NCBI GenBank assembly: GCA_965224465.1
Contig: OZ245049.1
Coordinates: 570,001 to 602,000 of the forward strand
DNA length: 32,000 bases
Direction of reading: 5' to 3'
From: Flavobacteriaceae bacterium
GTDB lineage: Bacteria; Bacteroidota; Bacteroidia; Flavobacteriales; Flavobacteriaceae
Each line of letters starts with the position of its first letter. Within the stretch, counting starts at the first letter, position 1. Below the pieces are notes generated by a model. The model was not told the origin of the DNA. It ran no database searches and saw only the letters and a program-made list of their open reading frames with translations. A program made the translations under genes and the position numbers. Positions 18,543 to 27,148 of the stretch are shown here, piece after piece.

Positions 18543-19515
18543 TGTGCAAGTTAACAGCAGAACGTATAAATCAAATTCATCAAAAATCAATAATATGGGA
18601 AATCCAAGTATAAGATTTGGAAAATATACACCAACAGATAGAAAAGCAACTAAAGAATGTAAATATATACCACCTCCAATTCCACAAGGAACTTGTTCGT
18701 ATTATGAATCAAGATTTACTAATTTTATGAAAAGACATTCTGACTGCCAACACGAGCCCCCAGTTTACTATTATGGTCCATTATCAGAAATGGGAGAAAT
18801 CAGTGCAATGGAAAAACTTAAAATTAGACTTTCTACTTTACCTATTCATTTAGCTGTTATTGGACAAACTGATGGACAAAGAGCTGTAAAAGATGCAGAA
18901 GAAGAGAGAATGAAAAAGGACATGAATTCTCCTTATAAATACGAACGAAAAGAGAAAACACTTGTTCCTCGACCAGAAGAAAGCTATGGATATAAATATT
19001 GCGAATTATTTACTAATGAGCTAATGCCTAAGTTAACTATTGATGGCAAAAATTGGTTAAAACAAGTCAAATTGGATTTACAAAAACTAATGGAAAAAGG
19101 TGTTGTAAGTTTAAATTATGTATCTGAATTAAGTAAAGATTATAATATTATAAACGGATTTATTAAAAAAGGACAATCGGAATCAGAATCAGAAAAAATT
19201 ATTGAAAAATTCTACACTAATATTGAACTCAATAATACTCGCTTTCAAAGTTTTGCCTTTGCTACACATCCAGATGCTTATAATCCTAAAAAAATGAGTG
19301 AATTACCCGCACACGACCTTATACGAATTATGTTTACTCCTGATTTTAAAGAATTTAGTAAACCCGAAACATGGGATCAAATAAAAACTATGGTGAAAAA
19401 TATGGATTATGGAACAATTACAGAATCGACATGGGAAAAATTAAAAAAAGACACTAATGAAATAATAGAAAAAGGGGCTAAAGAATTAAAAAAATACTGG
19501 GATGAAATATTTTAG
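18526..19515 (+). CDS. hypothetical cytoplasmic-type protein (no signal peptide); start ambiguous (18526 inside the leader, or 18595 MGNPSIRF)
   Basis: Long ORF with no recognisable family. Cys/His-containing segments: CKYIPPPIPQGTCSYYESRF, HSDCQHEPP, YGYKYCELF, FATHPDAY. Its 3' end overlaps the next gene by 14 nt. Confidence 0.7.
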   Translation: MIYGCCVQVNSRTYKSNSSKINNMGNPSIRFGKYTPTDRKATKECKYIPPPIPQGTCSYYESRFTNFMKRHSDCQHEPPVYYYGPLSEMGEISAMEKLKIRLSTLPIHLAVIGQTDGQRAVKDAEEERMKKDMNSPYKYERKEKTLVPRPEESYGYKYCELFTNELMPKLTIDGKNWLKQVKLDLQKLMEKGVVSLNYVSELSKDYNIINGFIKKGQSESESEKIIEKFYTNIELNNTRFQSFAFATHPDAYNPKKMSELPAHDLIRIMFTPDFKEFSKPETWDQIKTMVKNMDYGTITESTWEKLKKDTNEIIEKGAKELKKYWDEIF

Positions 19516-20629
19516 AATAATAATAATAATAATAGCTGCCTTAATAATTATAAATACAGTATCCTGCCAAAACAAAACTAAAGAAAACATGAATTGGAAA
19601 ATAATAGATTTTAACAAAATATCTGGAGAAACTTTAATGGACGAATATTTTAATTCAATAAATAAATATAAGTTCAATCAAATCCTTACTCTTAATGAAA
19701 ACCATATTATTTTATTAGGTGATAACAGTGGAGATAGAAATGAAGAATACTTACCAAAAGAAAGCGAAGCAATTGTATTTGTTTCAATAGATGGAGGTGA
19801 AACTTTATTAAAACATAATTTAGGAAAAGGTTCTTTGACAAATGCTATTTCTGTTGATAATGATCTTTTTTTAGTAAATAATCTTTCAGTAGGTCGTGAA
19901 TTTTCTAGTCAACTAATCAAATCTGATCCTTTTTTAAAAGAATGGGAAGTAGTAAATGAATTTAAGACTGAAAAAATAATTGGTGTTCGCTTTTACTCTT
20001 CCAATATTGGAATAGCGAGTTTTTTTCATAGAAACCCCATTAATCAAGAATTAATAGACGAAGAAAAATACACCCTTGACGGTGGGAGGAATTGGTCAAA
20101 AATTATAAATAGCAATAACAAAGGATTTACATATTCTAGATTTATTTCTTCCGAAGAAATTGAATGCATAGAAAATAATAAACTTGTTAAATTTAATTTC
20201 ATCACAGGAGAGAAAGAAATTATAACAGAACAAATAGCTCCTAGAGGCTACAAATGCTTAGGGTATTATGAAGATACAAAAACTAAAGAATATTATACGT
20301 TCTTAGAAAACATAAATAATAAAACAGATTACTCAATAAAATATATTAACACACAAGAAATAATTAAATTGCCAAAAGGAACAGATGATATAGAAGTTTA
20401 TGGAAACTATCTCCACGCAATGGTTAAAGATGGAATATACTATAATTATGTTTGGAGTGATGACAAAGGTAAAACATGGAATACAGAAGAATTAAGAGAT
20501 TTCTTTGTAGACCATAGGCCTATTGAATACTATGGAGAAGGCTATGTTTATGCTTTTGTGACTTCTTTTAAAGGTAAAAAATCTGAAAAAGGAGGAAGGT
20601 TTGCAATAAGAAAACCTGCAAATAACTAA
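19502..20629 (+). CDS. lipoprotein with BNR/Asp-box repeats (beta-propeller-like)
   Basis: Lipoprotein signal MKYFRIIIIIIAALIIINTVSC/QNK. Three Asp-box-like motifs are present: SIDGGETL, TLDGGRNWS and SDDKGKTWN. Confidence 0.75.
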   Translation: MKYFRIIIIIIAALIIINTVSCQNKTKENMNWKIIDFNKISGETLMDEYFNSINKYKFNQILTLNENHIILLGDNSGDRNEEYLPKESEAIVFVSIDGGETLLKHNLGKGSLTNAISVDNDLFLVNNLSVGREFSSQLIKSDPFLKEWEVVNEFKTEKIIGVRFYSSNIGIASFFHRNPINQELIDEEKYTLDGGRNWSKIINSNNKGFTYSRFISSEEIECIENNKLVKFNFITGEKEIITEQIAPRGYKCLGYYEDTKTKEYYTFLENINNKTDYSIKYINTQEIIKLPKGTDDIEVYGNYLHAMVKDGIYYNYVWSDDKGKTWNTEELRDFFVDHRPIEYYGEGYVYAFVTSFKGKKSEKGGRFAIRKPANN

Positions 20630-20674
20630 GCATATGGCCTGCCGATAGTCCAAGGCTATATGCATTGTTGACTA
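20621..20674 (+). repeat. cassette 3' boundary motif copy 1 (AATAACTAAG - hairpin - TGTTGACTA)
   Basis: AATAAC contains the stop codon of the lipoprotein gene. An internal hairpin pairs GCATATGGCC (20630-39) with GGCTATATGC (20654-63), 9 Watson-Crick pairs plus 1 G:T. TGTTGACTA lies at 20666-74. Confidence 0.6.
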
Positions 20675-20871
20675 ATCCCATCCTACGATAAGGGGGGAAT
20701 TGCCGTTTTCTATTCTGTTTTTATTGTTTATTTAAGTGGAGTCCGCCTAATTTTATAGGTATATTATATAATTCCTTAAAAAAAATGCTCTTTATGAAGC
20801 TTTTTGACGCATTTTTCATAGAAATGTTGAATATAGGCATCAGTTATCTAAGCGAATTCTGTGTGAATTTG

Positions 20872-22020
20872 CTACTTAGTGTATTTCTGTATCTTACGCT
20901 TTGCAATCGCTTTAAAATTATCTGGTGGACCGCGATTATCAAAGCTTAATAGCGTAATTAATTTTCCTTTTTTACAGCTTGGACAAGTATTTAAAACCGT
21001 TTTTTCTACTTCAATAGTTGCTACTAGATAATCAAGTTCCTTATCCGATAATTGCTGTTGTAATTGACCTAATTTTTCCTTTTTCCAACTAGCACTTAAA
21101 TATCCATAATGCCTAATTCTGGTAAATCCTTTGGGCAAAACATGATTTTGAAATCGTTTTATAAATTCTCTAGTACTTAACGTTTGTATCTTTTTTTTGC
21201 CATTGTTTCTATAATCTTTTAAACTAAATGTTACTTTTTTATGTTCTCTATCAATGTTTAAGATACGGTGGTTACTTATCGCTATTTTATGCGTGTATCT
21301 CCCTAAATATTCAATCACATTTTCGGGCTTACCAAACGGCGCTTTGGTATAAACCACCCAGTTTTTCTTGAATAGTTTATCGTATATTTCTTGCCCAATC
21401 CCTGGTAATTTCTTTCTTAGTTTAGATACAAAAACCCCTCTAAACTTCGCGCTCATAGCTTCTACACTAAATAAAAAATCATCTTTACCACTTCCCTTTT
21501 TCCAATAACCAGCCTTGCTAACTCCTCCTTTTGGCACAATACAATGTAAATGAGGATGCAAACTTAAATTCTGACCCCAAGTATGTAATATTGCGATCAT
21601 TCCTAATTTTGCACCTAAGTGTTTTGGATTATTGCCAAAAGCAGATAGTGTCTCCCAAACACTATCAAACAATATTTTATAAAGCACTTTAGGCTGCGAT
21701 AAAGCGATAGGATTTAAATGATGTGGTATCGTAAAAACCACATGAAAATAGGGAACGGGTAAAAGCTCCTTGCTTCTGGCAGCAACCCACTCATGTTGTT
21801 TATGTCCTTGACAAGTTGGACAATGTCTATTCCTGCATGAATTAAATTGTAAATGCAATTTATTACAGTTCAAACACCAGTCTAAATGACCTCCCAATTC
21901 TTTAGTTCTACATTTCCTAAGTGCATGTAATGTCCTTGAATGCCAGGATGTATTTGACCATTTATCAATACTATCCTGCTCTATATTTAGAATATCTGCA
22001 ACAGTATGTTTTGCAAACAC
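20872..22020 (-). CDS. IS91-family (Y2 HUH, rolling-circle) transposase
   Basis: 382 aa with an N-terminal zinc-binding region (CLNCNK...CRNRHCPTCQGHKQHEW). HUH motif HPHLHCIV; two-tyrosine motif YLGRYTHKIAISNHRI. Confidence 0.9.
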   Translation of the reverse strand: MFAKHTVADILNIEQDSIDKWSNTSWHSRTLHALRKCRTKELGGHLDWCLNCNKLHLQFNSCRNRHCPTCQGHKQHEWVAARSKELLPVPYFHVVFTIPHHLNPIALSQPKVLYKILFDSVWETLSAFGNNPKHLGAKLGMIAILHTWGQNLSLHPHLHCIVPKGGVSKAGYWKKGSGKDDFLFSVEAMSAKFRGVFVSKLRKKLPGIGQEIYDKLFKKNWVVYTKAPFGKPENVIEYLGRYTHKIAISNHRILNIDREHKKVTFSLKDYRNNGKKKIQTLSTREFIKRFQNHVLPKGFTRIRHYGYLSASWKKEKLGQLQQQLSDKELDYLVATIEVEKTVLNTCPSCKKGKLITLLSFDNRGPPDNFKAIAKRKIQKYTK

Positions 22021-22862
22021 TATTTTTTGTATAGCGTATCTAAAGGACTAAATTTTATAGAACTACCAGTATTTGCAACGTGTAAATAAATCATTGTTGT
22101 TTCAATACGTGCATGTCCCAATAGTTCCTTTAAACTAATGATATTTAAACCGTCTTCTAATAAATGGGTGGCATAAGAATGGCGTAATGTATGTGCTGTA
22201 TACTTTTTTTTCGTTGCTACCTTTGAGCGAGATTCTTTTAGTATCCAATGAATTCCGTTTACCGTAAATGCACGCGATAAACCATCTTTTGTTACTTGAC
22301 TATTGAATAAATATTTAACGGGATTTTCTGTCTGTAAATACTGTTGTAATCCTCGCGCCAAATGATCGCTTAAAGGGACATAACGGTCTGTTCTTCCTTT
22401 TTGTTTTTTTACGAATACAGTTTTTCGTTCAAAATCAACATCTGATTGCAATAAATTACAAAGCTCATAACTTCGTAATCCACAACCGTACAACATGCCC
22501 ATAATTAACCGATGTTTCAGGTATTTGGGGCTAGACAATATTTGACGAACCTCTGACTTGTTTAACACAATTGGCAAGTCTTTTTGGCCTTTAATCTCTG
22601 GTAATTTAATTAGTTTTTGCTTCATTCCCAAAGCTTTGTAGGCAGCTCGAAGACCAAAAACAATGTGTTTGAAAAAACTATCCGATGGTGTTTTATGAAG
22701 GTTTTTACAGTGTAGTAAATAGTCATTAATAGCCTCCTCATCTAATAACTCTGGACTAATTTTATAATGAAGGCATAAATGAGATAAGCAACGTAAATAG
22801 TTCGTTAATGTACTTGTTGCTTTGCCATTTATAACAAAGCTCCTACTCAATTTTGAAACCAA
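22020..22862 (-). CDS. tyrosine recombinase/integrase co-transcribed with the IS91-family transposase; 5' end possibly frameshifted
   Basis: Catalytic region GLRSYEL...HTLRHSYATHLLEDG...LLGHARIETTMIYLHV...SPLDTL. Its stop overlaps the transposase start. The track start is a TTG; the same frame is open to 22928, and an ATG at 22927 is one base out of frame across an A8 run. Confidence 0.85.
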   Translation of the reverse strand: MVSKLSRSFVINGKATSTLTNYLRCLSHLCLHYKISPELLDEEAINDYLLHCKNLHKTPSDSFFKHIVFGLRAAYKALGMKQKLIKLPEIKGQKDLPIVLNKSEVRQILSSPKYLKHRLIMGMLYGCGLRSYELCNLLQSDVDFERKTVFVKKQKGRTDRYVPLSDHLARGLQQYLQTENPVKYLFNSQVTKDGLSRAFTVNGIHWILKESRSKVATKKKYTAHTLRHSYATHLLEDGLNIISLKELLGHARIETTMIYLHVANTGSSIKFSPLDTLYKK

Positions 22863-23058
22863 ATTACTGAATTCTGGTACAGATTCTAAAGCAGTTTCCT
22901 GAATTGTTTTACTTTTTTTTGAAACATATTATCTAATTTTATTATGAGTTTCAAATGTACTATATTTACATAAAGAGCATAAAAGCTTCCGAGGCACTAG
23001 GATTAGTTCAATCGAGTAGACGGGTGACAACTGAATAGTTGCCACTGCGCCTCTCACA

Positions 23059-23089
23059 CCACCGTACGTACGGGTCTCGTATACGGCGG
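23059..23089 (-). ncRNA. group II intron domain V (short, CGC triad)
   Basis: Minus strand CCGCCGUAU-ACG-AGACC-CGU-AC-GUACGGUGG. It is a 31-nt hairpin with the AC bulge, and CGC replaces AGC at the catalytic triad position, as in class C introns. Confidence 0.7.
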
Positions 23090-23090
23090 T

Positions 23091-23640
23091 TCAAAAAATT
23101 GAAGTCTGCGTATTATTAATGTAATCTATCAAAGGTTTATACCCTTTTCGTACAAGTCTAGATTTGGTAATGGTAGTCTTTAAAATTGGACTTTGGGCTA
23201 CTGCCCATCCTCCCATTCTGGTTCTACTCCAAGCGTATGCTTGTCCATTCTCTATTCCTAATCTGATTAGGTTTTTACGTTTTCGTTCGAGTTTTTTCCA
23301 ATCGTGCCAAATACAATATCGCAACCGATTTCTTATCCACTCATCTAGCTTTTTAACTTTTGCATAGATGTTGGTTAAACGGTAATTATTCATCCAGCCT
23401 CGGCAGACTTGATTAAGCCGTTCTAAACGTTCCGACAATGACATTGGTTTGGTTTTCTTGGTAATACTCTTTAGGTTACGCTTAAACTTTGCCCAACTTT
23501 TCTTTGCTACTACTAGTATATATTGTCCTTTTACTCCCTTTTTGTAGACTGGCACAAAGCCATGTCCTAGTAACTCAAAGTTTACGGGTCTACGAATGCC
23601 ACTTTTGGCTTTATTTATAGGTAGTTTTAATTTGTCCTTA
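23091..23640 (-). pseudogene. group II intron RT/maturase, C-terminal fragment (thumb/X domain)
   Basis: KLKLPINKAKSGIRRPVNFELLGHGF...RLNQVCRGWMNNYRL (maturase X-domain signature). There is no endonuclease domain. It is separated from the RT part by the IS30 element. Confidence 0.85.
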
Positions 23641-24757
23641 AATTCAACTAATAAACGCAACTTTTCGATTTGATTCTATGATGGTTATATTTTCAAAACA
23701 GAAAAGTAGGAAAACCTACCTTTCTTGTCTTGATGGATATGTATCTTACGGTCTCAAATCTCGAAAAAAGAAGTTGTATGAAACACATCACCCAAGCGCA
23801 AAGATACACAATTTGTTGCATGTTAAAACAAGGTTATAAACAGGTTGAGATAGCAGCTGCTATAGGAAAAGACAAGTCTGTTATTAGCAAAGAGATTAAG
23901 CGTAATTCAGACAAAAGAAATGGAGTTTACAAGCATGAATTAGCCCAAAAAAAGTATGCTAAACGTCATAAAGAAAAGCCTAAAAGAAAACGCTTTACAG
24001 AAGATATTCAACAAGCAATAGAGTTGTTATTGCGAGACGATTATAGTCCTGAGCAAGTAGTTGGTGTCCTAAAAAAACAAGGTAAAGAAACGGTGTCTAT
24101 TGAGCGTATATATCAGCATATTAGGGAAGACAAGAGGAATGATGGTGATTTACATACACACCTTCGCAGACAGGGAAGGAGATATAGAAAACGTGGCTCA
24201 TCAAAGGATTCTAGAGGGGTTATAAAGAATCGTATTAGTATAGAACAACGCCCTGAAGTTGTTGAACAAAGAAATCGATTTGGAGATTTAGAGGTCGATT
24301 TAATCATAGGTAAAAACCATAATCAAGCCATACTTACCGTAAATGATAGAGCTTCTGGAATGCTTAAAATGAAAAAAGTAAGCTCTAAAGAAGCAGTTGT
24401 TGTCACTAAAGCTATCAATGAAATATTAGAAGACTGGAAGCCTTATCTACATACTATAACAGCTGATAATGGAAAAGAATTTGCAGGCCATGAGCAGGTT
24501 GCAGAAAATTTATGTATTGATTACTTTTTTGCGCATCCATATCACTCTTGGGAAAGAGGATCTAACGAAAATTTAAATGGTTTGATTAGACAATATTTTG
24601 CCAAAGGAAGTGACTTTACAAACCTAACAGATCAAAGAATCAAAGAGGTAGAAACAAAATTAAATAACAGACCTAGGAAGAGACATAAATATCAAAACCC
24701 TATATTTGTAATGGAACAATTATTATTTAACTAAAAGTTGCGTTTGTGACTTGAATT
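23641..24757 (+). mobile_element. IS30-family insertion sequence (about 1.12 kb) inside the intron ORF
   Basis: Terminal inverted repeats are AATTCAACTAATAAACGCAACTTTT (23641-65) and AAAAGTTGCGTTTGTGACTTGAATT (24733-57). It interrupts the RT reading frame after ...FVFLKD. Exact ends are +/- a few bp and the target duplication is not resolved. Confidence 0.85.
23778..24734 (+). CDS. IS30-family DDE transposase
   Basis: N-terminal HTH ITQAQRYTICCMLKQGYKQVEIAAAIGKDKSVISKEIKRN. DDE region LEVDLIIG...TITADNGKEF...SWERGSNENLNGLIRQYF. Start taken at MKHITQ; the track ORF starts 48 nt earlier at a TTG. Confidence 0.9.
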   Translation: MKHITQAQRYTICCMLKQGYKQVEIAAAIGKDKSVISKEIKRNSDKRNGVYKHELAQKKYAKRHKEKPKRKRFTEDIQQAIELLLRDDYSPEQVVGVLKKQGKETVSIERIYQHIREDKRNDGDLHTHLRRQGRRYRKRGSSKDSRGVIKNRISIEQRPEVVEQRNRFGDLEVDLIIGKNHNQAILTVNDRASGMLKMKKVSSKEAVVVTKAINEILEDWKPYLHTITADNGKEFAGHEQVAENLCIDYFFAHPYHSWERGSNENLNGLIRQYFAKGSDFTNLTDQRIKEVETKLNNRPRKRHKYQNPIFVMEQLLFN

Positions 24758-24761
24758 CAGC

Positions 24762-25499
24762 ATCTTTTAAGAAGACAAACAACGTATTCCCTATTTGTTT
24801 CGCCTCACGTTTGGTCTTTGCGTAAATGCTAAAATCATCTGCGTAGCGGACGTACCGTAAACCCATTCTTTTCATTTCTTTATCCAAGACGTCTAACATT
24901 ATGTTAGATAGTAAGGGACTAATTGGGCTTCCTTGCGGGATTCCTTTTCTACGCTTTTGAAGTTTCCCATTTATTAAAATAGGAACTCTAAGCCATTTTC
25001 GGATTAAACGCATGGTTGTTGGACATTTTACCCTGTGGTAAATAAGTTGTAGTAGGATACAATGGTCCACTTCATCAAAGAACCCTTTAAGGTCAATATC
25101 TACAATATCTTGGTAACCATTATTGATATACTGTTGAGCTTGTAGTACTGCTTTTTGAATGTTCTTTTGTGGTCTAAACCCAAAACTAAGTGGCTCAAAA
25201 TCAAATTCGAACTGAACCATTAATTGTTGGCTTACCGCTTGCTGTAGCCATCTATCTACTACTGTTGGGATTCCTAAAAGTCTGGTTTTACCCTTGCCTT
25301 TTGGAATGCTTACTCCTAAGATTGAGTTTGGAACATAGCTATTCTTACGGATCGTTGTTAGTATGTCTGAACGGTTTTCAACTATATAAGTTGAAAGTTC
25401 CGTTACTTTCATACCATCAACTCCGCTAGCTCCTTTATTTCGCTTCACTTGACGTGCTGCTTTAAAAAGGTTGGTAGCTTCTAGTACTTTGTCAATCAT
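24762..25499 (-). pseudogene. group II intron RT/maturase, N-terminal fragment (RT domains 0-7)
   Basis: KNKGASGVDGM, RLLGIPTVVDRWLQQAV, DIDLKGFFDEVDH, GIPQGSPISPLLSNIML and VRYADDFSIY (YADD). The last 12 codons of the track ORF are read-through into the IS30 end. Confidence 0.85.
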
Positions 25500-26142
25500 A
25501 GGTTAAATAATTCGGGTACTCCTGTTGGTTTAAAACTAGGCTAGCTAGGCATCCTAATTGAATTTCAACGTAATTTAATGTTCTGTCCTTCCCTATTTGT
25601 GAGACCATCTGAGGTCTTTCCTCAACTCGTTTCCCATAGGTACTATGACGTCTGCTGACTTCTCCATAGAACCAACTCCTGGCTTTGGAGACCTCCCCAG
25701 GTAATGACATCTTCTTTCACTCAATCACTGCCGTATCTACATAACTACCCTTTTAGTATTCTTTTGGGCGTTGCAATGATGTGTTTACTTACCCAAGTAA
25801 TTATACCTCTGTATACGGTTTCTGTTCGTCAGTACCGAGCTTTGTAGTCTCGCTTCCTTCAGATAAAACCTCACGGTTTTCACCCTTGCGACTTACTAAT
25901 GTTTCAGAACGTTACTCCTGCACATAAGGGACTTGCACCCTCTAGATTAATTAACTACCTTTCCGTAGTTAAAAGATGCCCATGCTGGGCACACACACGG
26001 TATATAAAAAATAGCAGTTAAGTGCAAACTTCAAAGGTTTGTGCTTTTCTACTATTTTTGTTTAAAATTGAAAGTAATAGCATATTTATTCTGCTACTTT
26101 TCATATACCAACACGTTACCAGTAATTTAACAAAAAAAAACA

Positions 26143-26937
26143 ATGAAAATAAATACAACCATTTTATGTTTAATATTGACTCAATTTGTATTTGGTCAAA
26201 CAGAAATTTCGAAAGAAAAATATAAAATTAATTTAGATGCAAAAATAGGAGAAAGAATCTATGTGAAAGATTCTATAGGAAATATTTTAAAAAATGGTGA
26301 ATATCTATTCAAAATGCCCGATGGAAGAGTTAAATTATCTTTTTGGTTCTCTATTGAAGATTCTGGAGAAATTAATGGTGATGTGAAATTAAATATTGGA
26401 GATAAAATAGATAATCAACTATTAGAATTATACAAAGTAAAAAATGGTATCGTAAAAAAAATAGAACAATTTGACCAAAAAAGAAAGTTCCTAGAAACAG
26501 AAATTTTTATAAGTGGAGATACCGTAATAAAAAGGAATTATAAATTAAACAAGCTACTTTACTATGAAAAGAAAGAAATAAAAGGAAAAGAAATTTACAA
26601 ATACTCTTGTGATAACTATTATGAAGAAGACTACATTGATAAGTGTACTAAAACCGATTTTATAGAAGGAATAATAGAGGAAATTCTAAACGGGAATGTA
26701 TTAAGCAGAACTAAAACAAAAAATTTACCTTTTAACATAAAAAAAATAGTAGAAAATTTCAACCCTGAAGAAAGCGTCAAAAAAATAATAGTTCATACTG
26801 ATAAAGTAATAAAAACCATATATAAAAATGGTAGTTACAAAACAGAAAAACCTATAAAAGGTGGCGTATTCGAAAAAATTTACAATAAAAAGGGGATACT
26901 AATTGAATCCGGAGAAGTATATGATATCGGTTTTTAA
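26143..26937 (+). CDS. secreted hypothetical protein, weakly MORN-variant/YwqK-like repeats
   Basis: Signal peptide MKINTTILCLILTQFVFG/QT. Repeated G-x-aromatic/hydrophobic beta-hairpin-like segments are present (KNGEYLFKMPDGRVKL, KNGIVKKIEQFD, GGVFEKIYNKKGILIESGEVYD). The family call is tentative. Confidence 0.65.
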   Translation: MKINTTILCLILTQFVFGQTEISKEKYKINLDAKIGERIYVKDSIGNILKNGEYLFKMPDGRVKLSFWFSIEDSGEINGDVKLNIGDKIDNQLLELYKVKNGIVKKIEQFDQKRKFLETEIFISGDTVIKRNYKLNKLLYYEKKEIKGKEIYKYSCDNYYEEDYIDKCTKTDFIEGIIEEILNGNVLSRTKTKNLPFNIKKIVENFNPEESVKKIIVHTDKVIKTIYKNGSYKTEKPIKGGVFEKIYNKKGILIESGEVYDIGF

Positions 26938-26973
26938 CCAGATAAAATCATGAATAACAAAAAAACTACAGGT

Positions 26974-27015
26974 AATAACTAAGTGCTCGTGCGGTGCGTA
27001 GGGGACTGTTGGCTA
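26974..27015 (+). repeat. cassette 3' boundary motif copy 2 (AATAACTAAG ... TGTTGGCTA)
   Basis: AATAACTAAGTGCTCGTGCGGTGCGTAGG matches copies 3 and 4. It has a shorter spacer and no obvious hairpin. Confidence 0.55.
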
Positions 27016-27148
27016 TTATGGTCGGACCATGCCACTGATTATGGTCAAACAGTGCCACTCTAAAAGATATGCAATTATAAGAAAAATATTCTTATTCCCC
27101 GCTGCGCAAAGTCTCCCGACTTTGAGGGTTGTTTTTATGTGTTACTTT

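Larger units (their letters stand above)
23011..25998 (-). mobile_element. group II intron, class C-like, disrupted by an IS30 element
   Basis: The 5' end on the minus strand is GTGTGTGCCCAGCATGGG (about 25996-25998). The RT/maturase ORF is split in two. Domain V lies at 23059-23089. A domain VI-like hairpin with a bulged A follows, and the 3' end is estimated near 23011 (..CTCGAT). Length without IS30 is about 1.87 kb. Confidence 0.8.

Noticed and set aside
19486-19677. 63-aa minus-strand ORF
   Set aside because: It is antisense to the lipoprotein signal-peptide region, which is a poly-Ile/AT-rich run.
23634-24765. Target-site duplication for the IS30 insertion
   Set aside because: Both flanks encode L-K-D but with different codons (TTAAAAGAT versus TTTAAGGAC), so this is not a true direct repeat. 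The exact ends are uncertain by a few bp, and no duplication is claimed.
23091-25499. Reverse transcriptase as a stand-alone defence RT (retron, DRT, Abi-like) or a diversity-generating retroelement
   Set aside because: The RT is flanked by group II intron RNA features: a GUGUG 5' end, a maturase X domain, domain V 2 nt after the stop and a domain VI-like hairpin. No msr/msd-like or TR/VR repeats were seen. It is an intron-encoded protein, and it is disrupted.
25492-25710. 72-aa minus-strand ORF upstream of the RT
   Set aside because: It lies within intron RNA domains I-IV and overlaps the RT start. It shows no coding features.
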